Below, in pieces: positions 25,537 to 38,400 of a stretch of DNA of 64,000 nt; position 1 is the stretch's first letter; each line of letters begins with the position of its first letter. The notes under the pieces were generated by a model that searched no databases, was not told the DNA's origin, and saw nothing but the letters and a program-made list of their open reading frames with translations. The DNA lies in the NCBI GenBank assembly GCA_964270895.1, contig OZ185441.1. One strand, 5' to 3'. The DNA comes from Podarcis filfolensis. Taxonomy: Eukaryota. The position numbers and the translations under genes were made by a program.

Positions 25537-27524
25537 TGTTTGAGATTAGGGACACACAAAATGTATAAGAGAGAAGGCTACTTGTCTGGAGAGCATGATG
25601 AAGCAAAATATAGAATATTTGTTCTAAATTGTATTAGCGCTACATATGAGGTTAAGTTTCTGAGGGGGATTTGTAATGTTGCCTATTGACAAATAGCAGA
25701 ACAACAAGTACATGGTTCAGAGACAGTGGTAAGGTAAGGGTATGAAAATAAGACTCAGACTCAAGGCAGGATATGTGGATGAGGGGCAAGGAAGGATTAT
25801 TTCATCTCTTGCTAAAGGGAGCTGTGCTTAACAATGCCTATTCATTTATTACATGACTGTTATTTTAGTCTTTAAACCCTGCAGTGGATTTTTAATTTTT
25901 TAAAAAAAGTTCTGTTTCTGTCTTGGTGAGGCTCTACTGACCAGATGTTTGTGAGTTTGCTCCTGAACTAAGTAGTAGTTTCCATTCTGGAAGAACCATC
26001 TTCAAGTTCAGTGGAACAAACATAAATACATGTGTCCCGCTGCAGCACCAGCCACAGTGAAGCATCTTTCTTTCCATTGTTTTCCTGATGAGGCAGGTCA
26101 CTGTGTGGTCTTGGTAAGCCTTTTCAACAATAGGGATAAAGTCCTTTGGGGAGATGTTCCATTAATGTGCAGGTATTAGAAGCAACTCCTGAAGCAATTT
26201 ATTGTTTTGTGATTGGTTCTTTTTGTGCATTAATCACTGCATCTTGTATTGTAAGGTTGCGTGATTGGCATGATTAGAGCCTGAGGGAAGCCTTCTAACT
26301 TTTGACAAAGCTACCTACTAAGGTGTGCTGCTGTCTGCTTTCTTTCACTATCTACATTTATAATTTCAACTGCCATTTCTTTTTTTTTTAAAAAAAGAGT
26401 AACATGACTTCCTTCCACTGCTAATGTTCTTTAAAAAGTTACCTCCCATTTGAGCTATAGTGGGGAAAGAAATTGTAGAGGACAAGGAAGACATTGGCAA
26501 GGAAAAAAGAGGGGACAGAAGTACAAACGAAGATACAGCCCCCAGAGGCTGTTAAACAAAATATTAACGGCAACTCAAGTAATGCTCAACATGAGAGCCA
26601 GCAACATCATTGACTGTGGTGGCATCCAAGGAAAGGCACACAGGTTCAGTCTTGTCTGTTCCCCACTGCCTACTTCATGCCACTGTGTAGCACATTAGGG
26701 AAGCACATTAGGTTTCAGTGCTGTCAATTTTCTTCCATGCATAAAAGGGGATCTCCAACTGGTGTGGCCATCAAACCCAGGTCAAATCCCCAATCCACAG
26801 TCTCAAAGTTTTCCAGACCCTACCACAAATTGATTCAAAAACAGAAACAAGGGGTGAAACTGAAAAATAAATCACATTTAGTTCCATTCCCAATGTGGTC
26901 TCCCTTGTTATTACTAAAATAACATGCACATGGTTTAAGCAACTGACAGACAAAGGTGCAAGGATGAGACGCAAGGAAGCTTTCTCTTACAATAGTAAAC
27001 AGAAAATTCAAAGTTCCAGTGAGGATCCCTTGGTTTGCAGATATACCTTACTCATTTCTTCTTTAATCTCACTACTAACACTCTCTTCACGGAACCCACT
27101 ATTTTCTGTCCATGTGTTTACCTGAATTATTTATCTTCTCACATATTTATTTGTGCAGGAAGGACATGAAATAGGTACTGCTGCAATGTGATTTCTTACA
27201 TACTTAACTGTAAGGGTAATGAACAAAATCTAATTGTAAATGTAATGAACAACGCAAAAAAAACAGCAACAACCCCAGCGTATAATTCACTGTGCAAGGA
27301 GAAAAAAGAGGCTGCTGAATTCCAACTTTTTCATGTGACATGAAACAAAGAACAAAACTATTTGGTCAACAAGCAGGGTGGAATATTGGTGATTTGCACA
27401 TTCTGCTTGGGAAAGCATAATTGATGTCACCAAAATTACAAAGTGAAGCAGCAAACCATATTACAGTATAGACAAGACATGCTTCCTAACTTCACACACT
27501 ACATAAAACAGTAACAGAACAGAG

Positions 27525-28610
27525 GCGGTTCCCTCATTGCGAGAAGCAAAGCTACAGGGAACCAGGCAGAGGGCCTTCTCGGTAGTGGCGCCTGCCCTGT
27601 GGAACGCCCTCCCATCAGATGTCAAAGCGATTGTCAGAGCTACCCTAGGTCCCAGCTCACAAAGGACCAACGCTGCTTCGTTGTTAAGTATAAAAGTCTT
27701 TATTGAAGTTCAGTTTCACTTCCAGAGCCGCAGCGCGCAGCTCCACGTCTCAAGTGTCAGACCGCTGATGCTCCGTCTGAGTCTCCTTCCCCTTGACACC
27801 AATTTAAGATTCTAGCCTTGCTCCACCTTCTCCGCTGCTCCTTCCTCCTCTGGGTCCGCCTGCCCGCCGGGGTTCTGCCCTTTCTAGCCTCTTCTCCCGC
27901 TGATTCCCCTGAGCCTTCTCCCTCCCTCCGGCGGGCTTTAGGAGCTGGTTCCCCATCCGGGTCTCCTGCTGTTCCGCGCGCCTGCACATTTGAACTTGGC
28001 GCGCGCGCCCAGCCAGCAGCTTTCCTCCTGACCGTTCCACTGCTGCTGTCACTGCTTCCCCCTTTGGGGGGGCTAGCTGCAACTGACCTCCCCTCCGTTG
28101 GAGGCGTGGTCAGCCCTGACTCCCTCTCTGGAGGAGACACTGCCCCTGACACATGTGACTCTTCCCCCCCCACTACGCTCTGGTGGGGAAACTGGTCCCG
28201 ATCCTCCACTGCTGCTTTGGAGTTCCCCTCTGGCTCCTTGTTTCTGGTGCGTCCCTCCTGGGACCCCCCTTGCCCTGACCATCGGCGCCCCCTTCTGGGA
28301 ATCTTCTGATTCGCTGGAGAAGCTCATGGAATCTCTCGGGCCACTGTCATACTCCCCTACGCTGCCCTCGGATTCTTCCCCTTCGCTCTCCCAATCCTCT
28401 CTCCCCAGTGCTCCTGCTCCTGATTCCCTGACAGCGATAAATAACTACCTGACATTCAGAAGACATCTTAAGGCAGCCCTGTTCAGGGAAGTTTTTAATC
28501 TGTGATATTTTAGTGTATTTTTGGTTTCTATGGAAGCCGCCCAGAGTGGCTGGGGAAACCCAGCCAGATGGGCGGGGTACAAATAATAATAAATTATTAT
28601 TATATTATTA
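27525..28610 (+). mobile_element. L2-like LINE 3' fragment split by a solo LTR
   Basis: REAKLQGTRQRAFSVVAPALWNALPSDVKAI resumes after the LTR as NNYLTFRRHLKAALFREVF, followed by the gaagccgcccagagtggc tail. Confidence 0.82.
27632..28433 (-). mobile_element. Solo LTR, 802 bp (Ty3/Gypsy-like), nested in L2
   Basis: tgtcag ... ccctgaca termini; 5-bp TSD GCGAT at 27627-27631 and 28434-28438; AATAAA on the minus strand (tttatt near 27700). Confidence 0.88.
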
Positions 28611-29209
28611 TTCCCAAACACTTCAGGGACATATTGACAAACTTCATCCTAATCAACCTAGCTTGAGGATGTAAAGATAATAACCAAAGTTAAAATGCAT
28701 GTCTGGACTCAGCAGAATAGAGCCCCATGCCCACCCAAAATTCAGTCACAAAGTAGACCAACATGATGCCATTTGTTCAATACCAAAGCGCTGGAGGCAT
28801 TTTCTGATGTCTCCAAATCATAATTTTATGGCAGTTAACATTCCCCTCCCACAACACTAGTGAATGGGGATAGTCATTAAGAATGCTAGAGTTTAAGGCA
28901 ATGAAAGAGAATGGGAGATATGGGAATATTGTTTATTTAGGAACAGCCGTCTTGTTCATTGTAGAAGAGAACCAGTGAACAGATGGCTGTAGATCTGAGT
29001 GCTATGATGGATCTCAAAAGATACTGAATTGAGTTTGTTGCAGAATTCTTTAATGTGCAAAACTGCACAAATGTACTCTTATTAATAGAGGACATAACTG
29101 TTCAGTAATTATCCGTTTACATGCAAACTGGAAACCACAAAACTGGAATTTCTACAAAAAATTCATCCTACCGAAAGGATTGTTCCCTGCTTTAGAGTAA
29201 ATAGCTAAT

Positions 29210-29212
<3 letters not shown>

Positions 29213-29250
<38 letters not shown>
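29213..29250. repeat. (TG)n microsatellite
   Basis: Seen directly. Confidence 0.97.
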
Positions 29251-29254
<4 letters not shown>

Positions 29255-29633
29255 CATGCTTTGACTCATTAACTGATTCTTGAAAACTCTCCTTGTTAGT
29301 TTTCTTAAATGTGCCTTTTATTAAACTTCAACCACAAATATTAATACATTAAATATATGAAAGCATGATATGCAATAAATAACTATAATAATAGGAGAAA
29401 GGAAAAACTAACTACATTGTTTTATATAATAATCATTGGCTGCACCCAAAAAGTACCTTCCTTTCTTTTCAAAACCTATGAAACCAAAAAAGGACAAGAA
29501 TGGTAAGGAGCGTTGAATTGGTGATCCAAATGAGGAATCATGTATAGGACCAGAAAATGGGGAATGCCTTAACTCATGACTGCATCTGGCAGGAGTGCAT
29601 TTATATTCTGGGAGAGACTCCACAAATGAGATA

Positions 29634-29875
29634 CAGTGGTACCTCGGGTTACATACGCTTCAGGTTACACACGCTTCAGGTTACAGACTCCGCTAACCCA
29701 GAAATAGTACCTTGGGTAAAGAACTTTGCTTCAGGATGAGAACAGAAATTGTGCTCCGGCGGCGTAGCAGCAGCGGGAGGCCCCATTAGCTAAAGTGGTG
29801 CTTCAGGTTAAGAACAGTTTCAGGTTAAGAACAGACCTCCGGAACGAATTAAGTACTTAACCCGAGGTACCACTG
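29634..29875 (-). mobile_element. Tigger/pogo-like MITE, 242 bp, inverted relative to the other copies
   Basis: TA TSD; TIR CAGTGGTACCTC; near-exact reverse complement of 14710-14951. Confidence 0.92.
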
Positions 29876-31880
29876 TATAGAGAAACTAGGATGCCATGGG
29901 TTTCTGTTTAGGTACTGGATTTGTTGCAAGGGACATATTTTGAGTGAGCTTGTACATGATCATGGTCACCCAAATTTTATTTAGCTATTATTAAGGTGTT
30001 ATTAAGCCACTGGTAGGCTGATAGGAATTTCCAGTTCCTGTCTGCAAAAAGTTTGTTGCAAACCAAATTGTTGGAAGATATCTTTATGAATGTAGCAAGA
30101 GTCACCTTGCACACACTTGAGGGTTAACATATGCTTACAATAAATTTATTCCCATGCGTAATAAATATTTATTGTCCTTCATGGGATTTACCTATGAGCA
30201 CAGGACAATGTTATTATTACTTTATTTATTTACTTAATTTGTAAACTACTTTTCAACTAAAAAAAAAAAAAAAAAGATTTCTCAATAAGGTTTACAAGCT
30301 GCATGTCAAACCCACAGAGTAAATATTGCTATAAACAATTAGATGGGCATGTGGGTAAGAAACAAGGTTGTTATCATCGCCACATAAAAAGTTTATTATA
30401 AGTAAATAGGAACCTAACAAGACAAAATAGGATTTATCTCATTTTGTTAATTTTTTGTAACTGCTTGGAATATTTATTTTATATAAAAAAAGCAACCTTG
30501 AATTGCAGTGATTGGTGCAGATTCCCTTTTGATCCCAATTTGCATATGGGTAGTGCCACATCCATATGGATTTGTCTAATGCAATTTTACAAAATCCTCA
30601 TCACATGAAATGAGAGAGAGTTCATTTTTAATAGGTGCTCAGGAGAGACAATGCACACTATAAAAAGTCTATTTATACTATTATCATTTATTTTGCTTCC
30701 TCTTGGCCAGCTTTTTACTCGCTTACCTGCCTTATTTTCCCCATTTCCAGCTCAGTATCTAATGAAGTAGGTTTGTGTCTATGAAAGTGTCTGGCTGTTT
30801 TTAAAAAGTCCCTGGATGCCGTCAAATAGTTTTCTTTCTAAACCTTACCATAATCATTATCTCAATCATTATTGTAAACAGAGAAGCAAGAAAATAAGTA
30901 GTACATGCATTTCCAGATGTATCAATACGGCTTGCTAACATCCCCTATTTTCATTCAATATTCCATACTTATTTTGGTTTTGGTCATTATTTATACTCTA
31001 TACAACAGAAATAACCTGTAGCGATGACTATAATTGAGTGACGCAGCTGGTGCTGCAGAATATGAAATAAGAAGACTTGAAGAGAGTGCATGTTGGTGGT
31101 GCAATTTGGATGTGTCATGTCACAGCAGACTTGTGTAGAACAACAATGCCAGCTAGGCCCTGTAAATGGCTGCATCAACCACTACAAAAAACAAACAAAA
31201 AAACAAAAAAACCCAGCCCAGCTTTTGTGCATGGATCACACTGTTTTCAGAAAATAAAGTTGCTTTAAGTATTTTCTTATGAAAAAAATAATAATGTGCT
31301 GCCCAAATGAAGACAAACTATCAAAAAGTTTTGTGCAATGGGAGGGCAAATGTAGTATATTATTTCTCCTAGAAACCTCCCTGCTTATAAGCTTCAACTG
31401 GATGAAAGGAGGTAAGATAGTTGATAAGCTGGCATCTCCTCCTAGTCTGACCAAAAACATAAGCCCAGCAGTTAGGATAGACAGAGGAGGGGTTGGCACA
31501 TGGCACATGCATTAACTATAACACAGAGGCAACATTTTCCAGATATTCTGAATTAGTGTGCCCTAGAACAGTAGATCATGGAATCAGCCATGTATAATCC
31601 TAAGTGATTTCAAAGACCTGATGGAAGAAATGTTATGACAAGAAACATCTACTGCAGCACTATCAAACTCAAAAGGGGAGATAACATTAAACTGAATTCT
31701 AAATGGTGGTCAGAACCTAGAACAAAGTGTTAATTTTGTTGAATTCATTGGAAACAGTGACCACAACGTTATCAAATTTAATTCATACGAACAATCCCCA
31801 AGGAAGGACAACATTATTTGACTTCAAAGGATGAACTTCTAAAAAAAAAATATTAGGGGCTTGGTAAAAAGGAAGTTGAA

Positions 31881-32242
31881 TTATGGTGCTGGAGGAGACT
31901 CTTGAGAGTCCCATGGACTGCAAGAAGATCAAACCTATCCATTCTTAAGGAAATCAGCCCTGAGTGCTCACTGGAAGGACAGATCATGAAGCTGAGACTC
32001 CAATACTTTGGCCACCTCATGAGAAGAGAAGACTCCCTGGAAAAGACCCTGATGTTGGGAAAGATGGAGGGCACAAGGAGAAGGGGATGACAGAGGACGA
32101 GATGGTTGGACAGTGTTCTTGAAGCTACCAGCATGAGTTTGACTAAACTGCGGGAGGCAGTGGAAAACAGAAGTGCCTGGCGTGCTATGGTCCATGGGGT
32201 CACGAAGAGTCGGACACGACTAAATGACTAAACAACAACAAC
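31881..32242 (+). mobile_element. Bov-B (RTE) LINE 3' fragment
   Basis: ELWCWRRLLRVPWTARRSNLSILKEISPECSLEGQ..KLRLQYFGHLMRREDSLEKTLMLGK; (CAA)n tail; 15-bp TSD AAAAAGGAAGTTGAA at 31866-31880 and 32243-32257. Confidence 0.93.
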
Positions 32243-32454
32243 AAAAAGGAAGTTGAAAGAACAGTCAACTTCCTAGAACATTTGGGAGTTATTCAAAATT
32301 GAAACAGCTAGAATGTATGCTCCAGATCAGGACAGTTACCACCAAATCCAAGAGGACTGCAACATGGCTAAAGTGATTAAAGAAGGTAATGGAGAGAACA
32401 GGAATAAAGAGTTTTCAAAACTGATGAATTAGCCTTAGGAATAAGCAGTGAGGT

Positions 32455-32950
32455 GATCGGCTTTGCTGATGACAACTAATTGTTCGAGGTGGTTAGAACA
32501 AAGGATTGCAATGAGCTTCAAAACGAATGTCAAAGAGTGCCAGACTAGGTGAATGGGCAATAAAATGTTAAATGTGGTTAATGTAAGTAATTGTAACACA
32601 TTGGGGCAAAAACATGTACCCTAATTTCACATATACACTGATGCAGCAGTTTACCAAGAAAGAAATATTTGGTTCGTAGTAGATAGATTCAGAACAGACA
32701 AAAGGAAGTATTTATTCAGACTGCACATAATAAAACTATGGATTTCACTATCATAAGATGTGATGGCAAGCTAGCGACTTACTCAAAGGCTTTAAAAGGG
32801 GATTATACAAATTTGTGGAGGATAAGATTATCAGTGGCTACCATTTGCTGGGAAACAGAAGCAGGAGAGAGTTATCACCCTACGATCAGGTTGGCCACTG
32901 TGGGAAACGAGATACTACACTATACTGGCCTTTGATTTCATCTAGCACAA
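32455..32950 (+). mobile_element. Old CR1 LINE 3' fragment
   Basis: Degenerate FADD...FRVV...C..LQ, then RFRTDKRKY...IKLW...DVMA...GFKRGL.KFVEDK and a CR1-type 3' UTR. Confidence 0.7.
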
Positions 32951-33033
32951 CTCTTATATTTTTAAACAGCGTCTCTCCCTGCCCCCCCCGTTTCTGCATC
33001 ATTGCTGCTTTGCAAGGAAACTGTTCTTCTCGC

Positions 33034-33036
<3 letters not shown>

Positions 33037-33076
<40 letters not shown>
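33037..33076. repeat. (AC)20 microsatellite, read as (UG)n in the PTPRM pre-mRNA
   Basis: Seen directly; starts about 62 nt downstream of the 188-nt exon donor. Confidence 0.97.
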
Positions 33077-33078
<2 letters not shown>

Positions 33079-33138
33079 TTGTGATAGGGGAAACACCACA
33101 GAGCACAGAGCACCATGTGTAGCTTGAAGCTTACTCAC

Positions 33139-33326
33139 TTCATATTCCTCCTTGAATCCATAGCCTTCTGCACATTTCATCTGCGTAATATGCTGCAGCA
33201 AATCGGCGACACGGATGGCTGGATGGAGTTGTCCTGTTTGGTATGGCACATCCACAGGGTCTCGCTTCTTGTAGGTGTGTGACTGGACCAAGCTGCTTGT
33301 GTCACTGCCCATTGTGTGAGTTTCAT
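33139..33326 (-). CDS. PTPRM: PTPRM exon, 188 nt: [63 protein letters not shown]
   Basis: ttcttttcctag|ATGAAACTCAC...GAATATGAA|gtgagt; phase 1 in, phase 0 out; lies within ORF 32962..33312. Confidence 0.97.
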
Positions 33327-34075
33327 CTAGGAAAAGAACACTGAATAATATACCAGCTATTTCCAGTTTTCCACAGAAGTATATGATACATTGCCTTTAT
33401 GAGATGGCGTCTGACACCAACAGAATTTTCTATCATCACTATTTGGTGGGCTAAACCATTATGAAAATAAACTCAATTGAGTAATTTACTCGGGGAGTTA
33501 TCAAGATATATTGGAAAGAGGGGGCTCTATTGGTTTACAATGAAAAGCACTGTATAGTCCATACTGTATGTTTGTTTATTTAGCTGTACTAATAAATTCT
33601 TTAGGTGTTTAGTTGTAAATGGTGCAGAAGTTTCAGGCTGAAACTTCATCAAGTCCCAGTAATATAAAAAAAGGACTTGAGCGTTTTCTGGATTAGTAAA
33701 CTTTTTATTTTCTCTTTCACAGTGATTCAGGACATGTTAGTGAAAGCAAAATTTTTAATGCATAAAATGATATGGGTTATTAAGCCAGGAGAAAAATGGA
33801 AATGTAGATTGGATACAACACTAGGAAAGAAAATACACAAGGATAAATGCAAGGAGTAGTTTGATTTGGGTTAATGCTTTGACTGAATTTAGCATGCTGC
33901 AGTTTCAAATAAGCAATATATCATGGGCCATCACATAAGGCATGAAATGTTATATGTCAACTGACATGCAAGCCAACACACAACATAACCCCAACTAGGT
34001 TGGTCAATACTGGTATGAAGCAAACAATCACCCACCCCCTCCACACCTCTTCAAGGGGGCAAATGGGCAACTTAC

Positions 34076-34087
34076 CATTTATTGGCA
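34076..34087 (-). CDS. PTPRM: PTPRM 12-nt microexon: VPIN (frame-preserving, likely alternatively spliced)
   Basis: Long polypyrimidine tract cctttttcttctcctcctcctctttttctcctgataag|TGCCAATAAATG|gtaagt; matches the last 4 residues of the long-isoform insert. Confidence 0.9.
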
Positions 34088-34616
34088 CTTATCAGGAGAA
34101 AAAGAGGAGGAGGAGAAGAAAAAGGAAACAGGCCATAAGCAACAGTACTGCAGTAATAATTACAGGTATTTTTATGTTTGTAATTAAGTGTCTCCAGCTT
34201 GGTTTCCTAGCAAAGCAACTAAATATATTATAAAGGGTAGTGTAGAATAGCCAATATAATTATCTCTCCCCCCACCCCACTTTACTAGGTTGGGGTGGCA
34301 CTTTTAAGTTCCTATGTATCAAAAAGAAGAGGGTGGGGGAAACCTAAAAATGAAAACCATGTCTCATCATAGCTTTCCCTCCCCCACTCTAAGCAACAAT
34401 TTTAAAAATATGTTTGTATCTGCCACAAAGCTGTTATTTAAACAAGCCTATCATCTTACTAAGCTAGAGAGTTTCTCACAAAAAAGCAGGCATATTTCAG
34501 CTGGCATGTCCCTATTCAAGTATTAAAATGGCAGCCCATTACATCATGGGGCTAACTGACACCACAGTTATTATAGGGCAAATCTCAATATATTGCCTAT
34601 AAATGTTGTGTGTGCT

Positions 34617-34706
34617 TAGGCTGCAATCCTGTATCTACTTAACTGGGAGTAAGGCCCACTGAACTCTATGGGACTTACTTCTAAGTAGACATGAACAGAT
34701 TAGCTC
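34617..34706. repeat. Short (about 90 bp) palindromic lizard interspersed repeat
   Basis: ggctgcaatcct...cccactgaactctatgggacttac...cagattagc; related to the copy at 40733-40824. Confidence 0.55.
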
Positions 34707-35204
34707 TGTAAGTATCCTTATAAATACACCTTCATGTGACATCCTGCTGCTGGAATTTAACAGCATCTTTCTGTGGTTCACTATAATATGACAGGGATTT
34801 CCCTGCTTGTGGTTAAACATGTAATCCTAATCTTCATTTTTAAATATTTGTACAGATTATAAGGCTGCAGTGCCAGAATTACATCACTATAATCTTAACA
34901 TTATCTGTAATCTTAACATTATCTGTATGGTTTGAGAAAGGGCCTATGAAACAATGATATTGGATTCTACCCTAAGCATTAATTTACTCATATAGCAAGT
35001 TTCTGACCAGACTGTAAAAGTCTCTCTCCAGTTATATTGATGACAAGAACAGAACCAAGCTGGCCCACAGGCTCTGATCTCTAGTTAACTCACTCAATTA
35101 ATCTTGCCTAGCAGTTGAGGAGCAAGAGGAGATTAGCTTAGTGAGAATAGCTATTGATGTCAGCAGCATCTTTGGCTCTTCTAGTGTGAATGTACATATG
35201 CTAG

Positions 35205-35465
35205 TGTTCAAGGTTCTTGTCTTCATACACAAAACCCTAAACAACATGGGTCCAGGATACCTTAAGGACTGCCTGCGCCTATAAATCCCAGCTTGATCAG
35301 TGAGAGCTTCTGGAGGAGCCCTGCTAGTTGTCGCCTATGTTTAAGAAGTTGGGCATGTAGAGTTGCCGTCTCATGCTGCAGAACACTCTTCCAGCAGAGA
35401 TCCGACAGGCATCCTCACTTTTTACTTTCAGGCATCTCTTCAAGGCTTTATGCCAAGAGGCCTAT
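35205..35465 (+). mobile_element. Degenerate L2 LINE ORF2 C-terminal fragment
   Basis: VLVFIHKTLNNMGPGYLKDCL...RASGGALLVV resembles the L2 ORF2 tail. Confidence 0.6.
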
Positions 35466-38400
35466 GGAGCCACTTAAAAAACTTTTGGCTCAACAGTAAT
35501 CTTAATGAAACGTTTATTCTGTTTTTATATTTTACTGTAAGCATATTGTGGAAAACCGCTATCTTATGAGAGGGTGGTCTATAAATACTTTTATAAATAG
35601 TTAAGCACCTTCAGCTTTTCCTTCTCCTTCAGAATTCGCAACTGCCACAGCTTGATGGCTTTTCATGGTGCGAATATAAGAATGTAGCTAGTTCTTAGTG
35701 TCATTATTTAGACAGAACACTTTGCAATGATGGTAGACTATCAATCTTGATAAAAAGCTTTGTGGGGGATGTGATATGTACCTACAGCTCTGCGCATGGT
35801 AGATATTTCTTCCCCTTCCTTCTCTGAGGGCTTCCAGGTGCATGCTTGCTGCAGCATGTGTACAAAAGTGGTTTGGGGTGGTGTTGCAGAGGGAAAGCAA
35901 CGGGCAAAGGAAACATTAAGCAGCTTTCCAATCCGATGTTCAGCTGCTGAAAACCACTCTCCTTTCCTACTGTTTTATAGTGTTTGACACTGCCCTTGGA
36001 AGTTTCACTACAGGTCTTCTAGTTTCTGCCTATGATAGGAAATGCTCACACTTACTGCCTTGTCACACTCTTCCCTTGTGTAAAAGAGCCCCTCAGTGTG
36101 CAAACTTTTGTACACTCACCAGACCCCATGTAGGAGTTACATTAAAAATAATTAATGTTAATTTTACTAGGGGAAACAGCATATACAAGGATTATTTGGG
36201 ATGGTATGATTATCATTGTTCTTGTTTTATATGTGGCAACAGATAGCTTCACTAATCATATTCTGTAGATATTGACTTGGAGCCTAACTTTCCTTCCATG
36301 AACAGAAAAGAGTTCATGTTCATAGAAAATCTCATTCAGACATACTACAGCATCTCGTGAAAGCTGTAGTTCCCAAACTTCTCAATCAGCTCCAGCCCTT
36401 TATAACACAGTGGGCTTTGTACCTGAAGCAGATAAGACTCTAACACCTCATAACCCATATAAAGGAAGCAACACAAAAATTACTGAATTGAAATTACTTT
36501 GGCCCAGTTATTTGAATCTTATAGTGAGGCACATAAAAGTAGTCTAATCTTACTCTGAAAACTTAGCAAAAGTCTCAAAGCCTAACGGAAAATAATATAT
36601 GTAACAATTTATGTACATGAATGTAACCATTTCCCCCTTACTTTGGGCCTGCCTTAATATTTTTATACCAATACAGAAAAGCATTGTTCCTCTTAGCTAA
36701 CCATTAGCAAAACTGTAATGCAAAGCACCTTGGAATGCATGGCATGAAAGGTGATATATACAAGTGTTGTTACAGTATGTTGTTGTTGAAATGGCACCTG
36801 ATTACTACAAGGTGGCTAAGACACAAAACGACAAAGTAAGTAAATAAATAAAAAGAAAGAGTTGGAAGTTGATTTATGATATTTTAAAATAAATTTATGC
36901 AGAAAAATCATGGTGTTTTTTTGTAACTTTAGGTTTTATTATTATTGTTAGATAAAGGTCAGGATCAAGTCCTTTGATTCAAAACCAGGTTAAGTGCAAC
37001 TTTGCAGACATGCTACGTGTTCATACGTTTTTGTGTCAAATGGAACCACAGTATATTGAAGTTATTTCTGCTAGCTGCCTGTCTATTTTTTAGCATTAGT
37101 ATTATTATTTTCATAAGTAAATAATTTTACAAGGGCTTTTGAAATGAAGACTTTTTTATCCGGTCTGCTTTTACTAAGTGTAGTAGACTTTCAGGTTATT
37201 GTTTTTCGTTAGAAACAGGATTTGCTGTGGTACACCTTAAAACTGGGTTGCCAAAATATGTAACAAAGCTGAAGGCTTTCTGGTCTAAAAATGTTTTGTA
37301 ACATTTCAACAAGTAATCGTGGTTTATGAATTGCTCCCCAAGCCCTTAAATACTGAGAGTTTCAGAATAAAGTAGTTATACATAGGAGATATTATAAGCC
37401 CTAGTTATTGTTTTCCAATTCCAAGGCATAGCATTTTTTAATGGGTTGTTATTCTAATGTTATTTTACATTTCATTTCCATTTGAATTACATCTCGTGTT
37501 ACATCTCGTGTTACATTAACTGTAAGGAAATGTGGCTTCTCTGATCTGGTCTGTGTCAAATATATTTGCCAAAACTCACTGCTGTATAAAAATACACAGA
37601 ACATGATGCAACCAAGTCCTTTAGAATTAACTGGACTTATCAGTGATTTACTTTGGTTAGACTATGCCCGCTGTAGGATCACAAAGAGCTTTTTAATATG
37701 AAAAGTTACTCCGCATGTCATAATTTAATGAACATGAAAAATCCAGCTCCCTGGTAGGTCATGAATAAACATTTTGATTTGTTCAGCTGTGGACCCAACT
37801 TGGCTGTCACTTACGGTTTCAGACAAAAATGCATGTAGTGTGGAAGGACTGCTACTACAGGCAGAAGTGTAAATGTAGCCAGGAAGTGGAGAAAAGATAA
37901 AACAGAATTTGTAATGCTAGTTCAGATTTTCAGACAGTAAATCAGGGAGAAAGGGCACAATTCTAATCCTCCATACACCACAAGGAATAATTTAGGATGT
38001 GGCGAATCTTCAGCTCATCGAGCAGGTTCCTGGCTCAATTGAGCTCAGCTGGCTTAAGCATCTAAGCAGAGTTATGCTCTGCAGGAGATACGCTGGTGTA
38101 AATCCCTCAGACTGATGGAACTTCCACTGGCATAAGCCTTGAAAAATGGGTATTCTGAGGGAATGGGGCGAGTGGAAGGGATAGGATGAGACTCACGTTG
38201 AATCCTAACTCTGTTCAGCTCCATCACATAACCTGACAACCTGGTGGGACTTACACTGGCAAAGAGGGTGGTGTAAGTCAAACTATCTTAGAGGCTTATT
38301 TCCCCTCTGCCAGGTTTAGGCAAGCTCAGCCAGCAATAACTCCTGAATGGAGTTAGGATCTGTGTATTTTACTCTGGTTTAACTTAAGTCAGCATAAATT

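Noticed and set aside
27757-28505. Overlapping 135-163 aa ORFs on both strands
   Set aside because: They lie in the GC-rich, low-complexity solo LTR, have no recognisable domain, and are expected stop-poor frames.
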